Of a DNA stretch of 64,000 nt, positions 46,388 to 53,900 are shown piece after piece. The first letter of the stretch is position 1. Every line of letters begins with the position of its first letter. The notes under the pieces are model-generated. The model saw only the letters and a list, made by a program, of their open reading frames with translations, searched no databases and was not told the DNA's origin. This DNA comes from Chthoniobacterales bacterium (GTDB taxonomy: Bacteria > Verrucomicrobiota > Verrucomicrobiia > Chthoniobacterales > UBA10450): the NCBI GenBank assembly GCA_013821455.1, contig JACDGS010000013.1, positions 16,904 to 80,903 on the forward strand. Reading direction: 5' to 3'. The position numbers and the translations under genes were made by a program.

Positions 46388-46783
46388 TTAGGCACTCTCC
46401 CTTCGCCTTGGCAGGATGAAGGTCATGCGCGCCAAGTCGGAGTTGATGCGTCGCGGATCGTAGAACTCGCTCAGGGCATCTTTCCGCAGCAGCTCCGGAT
46501 TTCGCGCCAGAAAATCCTCCGCGTCCCGGTAGAAGCCGCTGAGGCGGCGTTCGGCGATTAAAGCCAGAAAGGCGACGGTGATTGTTTCGTGGTAGGCGGC
46601 CGGCTTTCCCGCTTTCGCCGCAAAGGCACGCAATCCGCGCGCGAGATGGAGGAGCGCTTCTGGAAAAGGGTGGCGCTCGAGCAACTCGTAGCTGATGCGG
46701 ACGTGTTCGCGATGAGGGAAACGAGCCGGATTTACGCGACCGCTTTCGAAATCTTCCAGCCCAAGACGATCGTTAGTCGGCAT
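46388..46783 (-). CDS. hypothetical protein
   Basis: 131-aa ORF overlapping the upstream ORF by 11 nt. No domain recognised. The stop TAA lies inside the 17-mer motif. Confidence 0.45.
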   Translation of the reverse strand: MPTNDRLGLEDFESGRVNPARFPHREHVRISYELLERHPFPEALLHLARGLRAFAAKAGKPAAYHETITVAFLALIAERRLSGFYRDAEDFLARNPELLRKDALSEFYDPRRINSDLARMTFILPRRRESA

Positions 46784-47042
46784 CGCGTTCCACCAGGCGA
46801 TGGCTGTCGCGGGCGGTCAGGTCGAGGCCATAAATCTTTTTCAGGCGCTTGATGTGACCGAGCGTTTTGGGGCTGAAAGCGTTCTTGCCTTCCAAGGCAT
46901 GCAAGGTCACACCTTCGAGCAAATCGCCTAACGACAGGTCAAGATATTCGGCCAGGGCCTTCAGGACTTTGACCAGCGTTTTCTCCATGCGCGCGCCGAC
47001 CTGAACGCGCGCAATCTCTTTCCCAGGCAACGGGTGCTTCAT
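46773..47042 (-). CDS. hypothetical small protein, possibly ribbon-helix-helix-like
   Basis: 89-aa ORF. IARVQVGARMEKTLVKVLKALAEYLDLSLGDLLEGV has a strand-helix-helix look. Weak. Confidence 0.4.
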   Translation of the reverse strand: MKHPLPGKEIARVQVGARMEKTLVKVLKALAEYLDLSLGDLLEGVTLHALEGKNAFSPKTLGHIKRLKKIYGLDLTARDSHRLVERDAD

Positions 47043-47099
47043 CTTGACATTGTTACCTTGTTACCAAGATAACGCAAGCCCAGAAGCGCGCCGCCAGCT

Positions 47100-47336
47100 T
47101 TAGTTTCGCCTGATGCTGCGCGACCAGAGAAAAAAGAAGACGCCGAGAGCACCCAGGATGGCCGTGGCGACAAGCCAGTTTCCACTCTCCGGGATGTGCA
47201 GATAAGTCGTGTCGTGGCGAACACCGTTCGCCCAACCCAGCAGCAGGCAAAGCACCGCGACCGCGAAGAACATGATGCTAAGCGCGAGTACGGTATCGCG
47301 CCGACCGCCCGAGGTGCTTGGGTTTGAAGGAGTCAT
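47100..47336 (-). CDS. small two-TM membrane protein
   Basis: 78 aa with hydrophobic segments VLALSIMFFAVAVLCLLLGW and WLVATAILGALGVFFFLW. Confidence 0.4.
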   Translation of the reverse strand: MTPSNPSTSGGRRDTVLALSIMFFAVAVLCLLLGWANGVRHDTTYLHIPESGNWLVATAILGALGVFFFLWSRSIRRN

Positions 47337-47446
47337 GTCAGGGAATTCGGATGCCGAAGCAGCGCTAGACGCGTCGGTCGTTCAAGTGAAAGCACAGCGG
47401 GAATTTTTCAAGCAGAATCGTTAGGCCAAAGAAATAGCTCTGTCCC

Positions 47447-47584
47447 CATCTGTCATCCTGCGCGGAGCGAAGCGGAGTCGAAGGAGCCCGCCGAGCTTCC
47501 GAAGACGACCAGATTCCAACCGGCGATTCCCAGTCATTCCACGGCTCCCTCGACTTCGCTCCGCTTCGCTCGGGATGACAGATG
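47447..47584. repeat. MITE/REP-like inverted-repeat element (GTCATCC...GGATGAC family), full intergenic copy
   Basis: catctgtcatcctgcgcggagcgaagcggagtcgaaggagcc (47447..47488) and ggctccctcgacttcgctccgcttcgctcgggatgacagatg (47543..47584) are imperfect 42-nt inverted repeats. Confidence 0.8.
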
Positions 47585-47937
47585 TGTCTGAAATGGCAAA
47601 GCACCTCACTAGTCCACGGCTGGAAGCTCGCGCACCTGACCTGTTTACCTTTGGATCGCTTACCTAATTTTGCATTGACAAAAAAATTCTGGATGCGTCA
47701 AATCCCTGTCTGCTGCGTAAACGGCGCGAGAATCGCCGGCGAAGCCCTTTAGCACCGAGCGCCTCCCCGGCGTTTCGCTCTTGGTCTTTGACAGCTGCTC
47801 TCTTTACCGAAACATCAGGAATCTCCACCTTTGCATCCGAAAAAGATTCCCACCTCCCAGAGCATTGCGCTAAATTGGTCGCGTCTCTTTAAAGGCGTGC
47901 CGCAGCCATTTCGGGCATCCTTTCCGATTCTTAACTG

Positions 47938-50900
47938 ATGAAATCACTCGCCGTTCGCACTCTCTTTTTTGCTGCGCTTACGGCCGTCACCCTCGCCCCC
48001 GCCTCCGCTCCCGGTGAGGCGATGATCCAATACTTCAATACCGATTGGAACGAGATCGCGCAGAAGATGCCGGAACTCGCCGAAGCCGGTTACGATTCCA
48101 TCTGGCTCCCGCCGCCCGCAAAGGGAAGTGGCGGTCTCTCTGTCGGCTATGATCTTTTCGATCGCTTCGATCTCGGCAGCAAAGATCAACGCGGCTCGAT
48201 CAGCACGCGTTACGGCACCGAGAGCGATCTTCTGCGGCTCATCGAGGTTGCGCATCGTTTCGGTATTCGCATCTATCTCGACAATGTGATGAATCACAAT
48301 GCGTTTGACGTCCCGGGTTATAACGCTTCCACGCCGATCGATCTCTATCCCGGTTTCGTGCCGGAGGATTTCCATCTCAAGCTCACACAGGATGGCTTCT
48401 ATCGGAAATGGGATAACATCCGCGACTACAACGACGTCTGGCAGGTGCAGCACCTTGGTCTCGCGGACCTGATCGACATCGCACAGGAACCGGGAACAAC
48501 CAATGAGAACTTCGGCGCCACGGAAGGCTCGACCTTTCCAAAGATCAAATTCGTCAGGCAGCCTAACAATCCAGAATATTACTGCTACAAGCCTGACGGC
48601 ACCTATGTCGGCTTCGGGACTAACAATGGCCTAACGACCGCGATCCTGGCCGCCAATCCTGGTTACTACAGCGAGTACGTGCAGGACTTTCTCAATCGCG
48701 CCGCCCGTTGGGAGATGGACCGGACCAAGGCCGATGGCCTGCGGCTGGATGCGGTCAAGCACGTGCGCTCCGATTTCTTCGGCGCCGTCGGCAATGGCAA
48801 AGATTACAACGACTATGGTTATCTCGGCCAGGCGCAGCGGCAGTTTAATATCACGCGTGGATTTAATGACTCGCGTTTCAATTCCACCGCGCAAGGTTCG
48901 CAGGTGAATCTGCGCGAGTCACTCTTCGACACGGAGAAGCCACGGCATAACGCGATGATGTTCGGCGAGCACCTGGGCGAGCCGCCACCTTACAACGACT
49001 ACTTCAATGTCGGGATGCGGCTGGTGGACAACGTTCTGCGCAATAACATGAATGGTATTCTCGGTAACCCGAGTGCAACACTAGGTGGTCTCGACGTTGA
49101 TGGCGGCTACGGCTTTGCCTCGAGCCTGGCGGTGATGCACGCGCAGAGTCATGACAACGACTACTACGTCGATCGCGACTTACAGCATGGGCTTTACCTC
49201 ACTCGCGCCGGGATAGGACTTATCTACACCGATGGCAACCATCAGGCGCAAACGTTAGGGCAAAGCGGCGGCGCATTTCCGCGGCACGCAAACACGAACT
49301 ATCTCGGGCAATACAGCGATCCGAAGATTCCTAACCTGCTCTATATCCATAACCAGTTTGCCCGCGGCACTCAGGTCGGCCGCTATTCCGACGCGGACTT
49401 TGTCGCCTACGAGCGGCTGGACAAGCGCGAGAACACCTCGATGACCGACGCCGACGGCACAACGCTGTTATATCTCATGAATGATAACTCGGCTGCGGGA
49501 CAAGGCCGGACTTTCAACACCGCGTTCGCCCACACCGCGGGCGGAAGCGATACCTATCTCTACAACTACTCGACTTATGGTGCCGGCTTCTACACTTATG
49601 CCAGTAGTATCGCCAACGGCTCCGTCATTGTGCCGCCGGGTGGTTACTTTGCCTTCTCCTGGCGGAACCCCGAACAATCAAACCTTTGGTCGTTAGGCGG
49701 CGGCAAGCCGATCACTATCCTGCAAGCCGGTCTGCCGACGAGCACACTGACTTATCTGCGCGTTGATGGTCCGGATGGCGATCCGAATTTCAATCCCTAT
49801 GGTGTCACGGGAGCGGTCCCAGGCAGTTATTCGTATCCCTACACGATTCCGCGTATCACTAACGGTTCCGATCTTAGCTTTATCGCGCGCGCCGATGGCT
49901 CAGCGCAGAGCATTCTCCTCGAGCTCGACGGTGGCATCGACTTGAACGGCACCGCTCCGGCTAATAATGCCGACCCGGTCGGCAAACGCGACTATCCTCC
50001 CGGGCTTTCCACGGATGTGTTCCTTGGCTACGAGCTGCCTACTTACATCGATCGTGAAGGACCGGAAAAGTTCGCCGCGATTAATACCGTCCGTTGCACC
50101 TTCGGCTCCGCCGGAGCGGAGACTTACACCGGCGGTGGCGCGACGGTGAATGGTAATGGCACAAACCCTCAGGATTCCGCGGCGGCCACCTTTGTCTATC
50201 ACGATCCAAACGCCACGATTAGTGGCTGGACTGGCGCACCTCCTGGTAATCAATATGTCGATAACGGATCGACCTTGCGTGTTTACGCCAAGACCAACGC
50301 GGTCGGCAGCGGCTTCCGTATGTTCTTCTATTTCACCAGCGACGGTACCAATCCCGAAGGCGCTGGCGGCGTTGGGATAGGAACAACCAAGACCGCAGAG
50401 ATGACCTTCCAAGCCAACACCACCGATGGCAATGATTGGTGGGCTAACCCGGCTATCTCGCGCCCGGCCGGGACGATCAAATATAAGATAGCTATCTACA
50501 AGGCGGCGCAGCCCAGTCAGTTTCCGGATAGCGCGACAAGTGTCGGCCGCAAGGTCAACATGCTAACGACATTTCAGACGGCGCATTTCAACGCTACCAC
50601 CGCCACGGTTTTCCCGCATGACGATTTTGCTGCGACCCAAACCGGCCTAAGTGAAGGCTTCCATGTTTTGCGTGCGCGTGCCTTCCTGAACCGCGCTGGT
50701 CGCGCTTCTATCTACAACACTTTCACTCAGTCTTTCTACTACGACGCCCAGGCGCCGCAGGGTGAGATAGCCTTCCCCCACGAAGGCGATACGATCGGCG
50801 GCTCAGGTTACGGCGTGGTGGTGCGCACCGATCCCAGTGTGACCGAAGTCTGGTATCACATCGACGACGCGGATACGACGAACGACGACGTTAACACTCA

Positions 50901-53900
50901 CACGCAAGCGGGCAACGGTATCGGCTTCGAGCCCTTCACAGATACCAACGGCAACGGCATCCATGATGCCGGCGAGCCTTTCACTGATCTTAATGGAAAT
51001 GGCGTCTGGGATGGCAGCATAGCTACCACCTGGGTGCAAGCGACCGAAGTCACTCCGACCCCGACGATAGTGAGTAACTATCCGCGCGAATGGCGCTTCA
51101 ATTATAGCAACATCCCGAGTGGTTCAACGGCGGCACATATCTCTGTAAGGTTACGCGAACTTTCTTCCGCGGCTTACAAGGACTTCTCCATGACCGATAG
51201 CGCAGGTCATTACACCACGCTCGTGCGCAATATCACTGCCAACGGCCCGGTGCAGAAAATGTTCGTCGCCTTTCCGCCGACCGACGGCACGCTCGTCGAT
51301 AACACCTATGTCATGAAGGTCTGGTTCAGCAAATCGCTGGCCGATAACACCAGCACTTCCGACCTCATCAATCGTTTCCTGATTAAGATCGCGAGCAGTG
51401 AGTCAGGTTCGCCCGCGAACGGCGTCGCACAAAGCCGCACGGGTTATACGATTAACTACAACGTCACCTCTGATTATGACGAACTGGCCTACACGCTCCC
51501 GAATCTCTATAACGATCAACCTGATTTCCTGCACACCATTGATGTGACTTACACGCCGCCGCCGGGCGGCGCACCGCTGGAAGCGTTCCGGTTGGTGAAA
51601 GCGAAAGCGGTCCCCGTTATCCAGGACATCATCGCTACTCCGCCGGAAGTGGACTCGGACGGTCTGCCTTACATCATCACTCTCCCCGATGTCGCCAATC
51701 CTACGCCCGCGCAGCGTTCTATTCCTATCCAAGTCCAGACCGACACGACCGCGACTAATGTTACCCTGACCTTTACCATCGGCAGCGGCACGACCGCGCT
51801 CAATACCGGCAGTCCTACCATCGTGGGTAACACGAAGTTCTGGGATTTCACCTGGAGTAGTGTCGCCGCGGGTAACTATACCTTTGTCTCTACCGTGACC
51901 ACGCCTGCGGGCACAGCAACGGCGTCGCGCGACGCGACCGTTGTCTTCCGGCAAATGGTCGCCGCCAACCCAGCCAAACATGACGTGGACGACGACGGCC
52001 TTGGCGTTTACGGCACGGCCCTGACTCCGATAGAGACGACAGCCATCCCACTCCCGACAACTAACTCAGAGACATGGGTCAATGGCGACGTCCACCTTTG
52101 GGCTATCTCTGGAAAAACAAACCCACTTAGCCCAGATACGGATGGCGACATTGTTTCCGATGGGTTGGAGTTAGGCTGGGCGAGTGCGGTGGATGACACC
52201 AATACTGCTACCGACACAAACGGTGATGGAGTGAAGAACTTCCAGCCCGACCTGGATCCTCCTGTTTATAACACGACCGACAATAGCTCCGCGCCCACCG
52301 GCTATAACTATTACTCACCGTGGCCTTACAACCTGAATAACTCACGCACCGATCAGATCGCCGGCTCGGTGACCGATCCTAACAAAGCGGATACGGAAGG
52401 TGATGCACTCAACGACGGTGTCGAGGATGTGACTTACCAAGTCAGCGGCGGCTCGATTCCCTATTTACCCATACATAATGGCCGCGTCGATATCGGCGTG
52501 CCCGATATTAACAATGTCCTGCACGTCATCGCGCATCCGCCGACGGTTTATAACACCTCCAAGGTCGATCGCGCGAAAGTGCTATCCGTTTCACCTACTG
52601 CGGTCTGGCTGGAAACCGATCCTAACAATGCCGATACCGACGGTGACAATATCATCGACGGTAACGAAGACCTGAACCACAACGGCATCGTCGATCTCGC
52701 GGTGATCGATCGTAACAAGACCGATACCAGCGGTAACTATGTCGTCCTCGCGACCTTCAGCGACTTTAAGCAAAGTGTCACTGTTACCGGCTCGGTCACT
52801 GGCTCAACCGCACAGACATTTAAGTATTCCGACTTCTGCTCTACCTATGTCGAGCCGACTAATAGTCAGACTTACACTTCCACCGCGCTCGATAAGACAA
52901 AGCTCAACGCCTTCTTCCGACCCAGTGGGGCGATCCGTGCAGATAAGCTGGATATTATCTGGCTCGAGACCGACCCACGCCGCTATAGCACTTCGGGCGA
53001 CGCCCTCCCCGACGGTTGGAAGCTGCAACATAACCTCGATCCTTTCGATGATGGTGTTATCGGTGACTACAATCTCCACACGGGCAAAGCGATCACGACT
53101 ACGACCAATGGCGCGAATGGCGATCCGGACGGCGATGGCCTAACGAATCTGCAGGAGTTCCTCAACGGCTCCGACCCGCAACAGGCCGGCACCCCGCCGC
53201 CGCCGCCGCCGGGCGCGATCACCATCGGTCCCGGCGCGACTACAACCTTCGGTGCCGCCGTGAACAAGCATGAGTTCACCGATTGGGGCGCGAACGATCT
53301 TATTGCGCTCGATCCTTACGATGGCGATGGCACTAACTATAACCAAGGTGACGTTTATCACGGCGGCGACGGTTTCGATTCATCGCGCGATATGGTCGCC
53401 TTCTACGCACACGATGGCGGCGCGATCGCAGGCGGCGGCGACGGCAATTTCTATTTCCGCGTCGATATGGAGGACCTGCAAGCCTATGCCGAGCAGGGAA
53501 ACCTCGACATCTACGTCGCGATCAATCTCGGTAACCCAGGCACCGGTGAGTATAACCTCCCCGACCAGGTCGATACCGGCACGTCGTTAGGCTGGCAGGT
53601 CGTGGTCGCGTCTTATCAGACAGATACCGGCAACGTCTATGTCTGGGATAAGAACCACGCGACTCATTCCACTGCAATAGGTCAGGATCTGACTCAGTTC
53701 GGTGTGACGACACGCAACCAGAATACGGCCAACGGATTTAAAAAGGCTTACTATAACTCCGACCTCGATTCGGTGGAATTTTCCATCAGCCGCCAAGCCT
53801 TGCTCGACGCGGGATGGAGTGGCGATCCTACCACCCTCCTATATCAGGTCTTTACCACCCGCGATGGCACGCAGGATAGCCCGCAAGGCGCGGGCGACAT

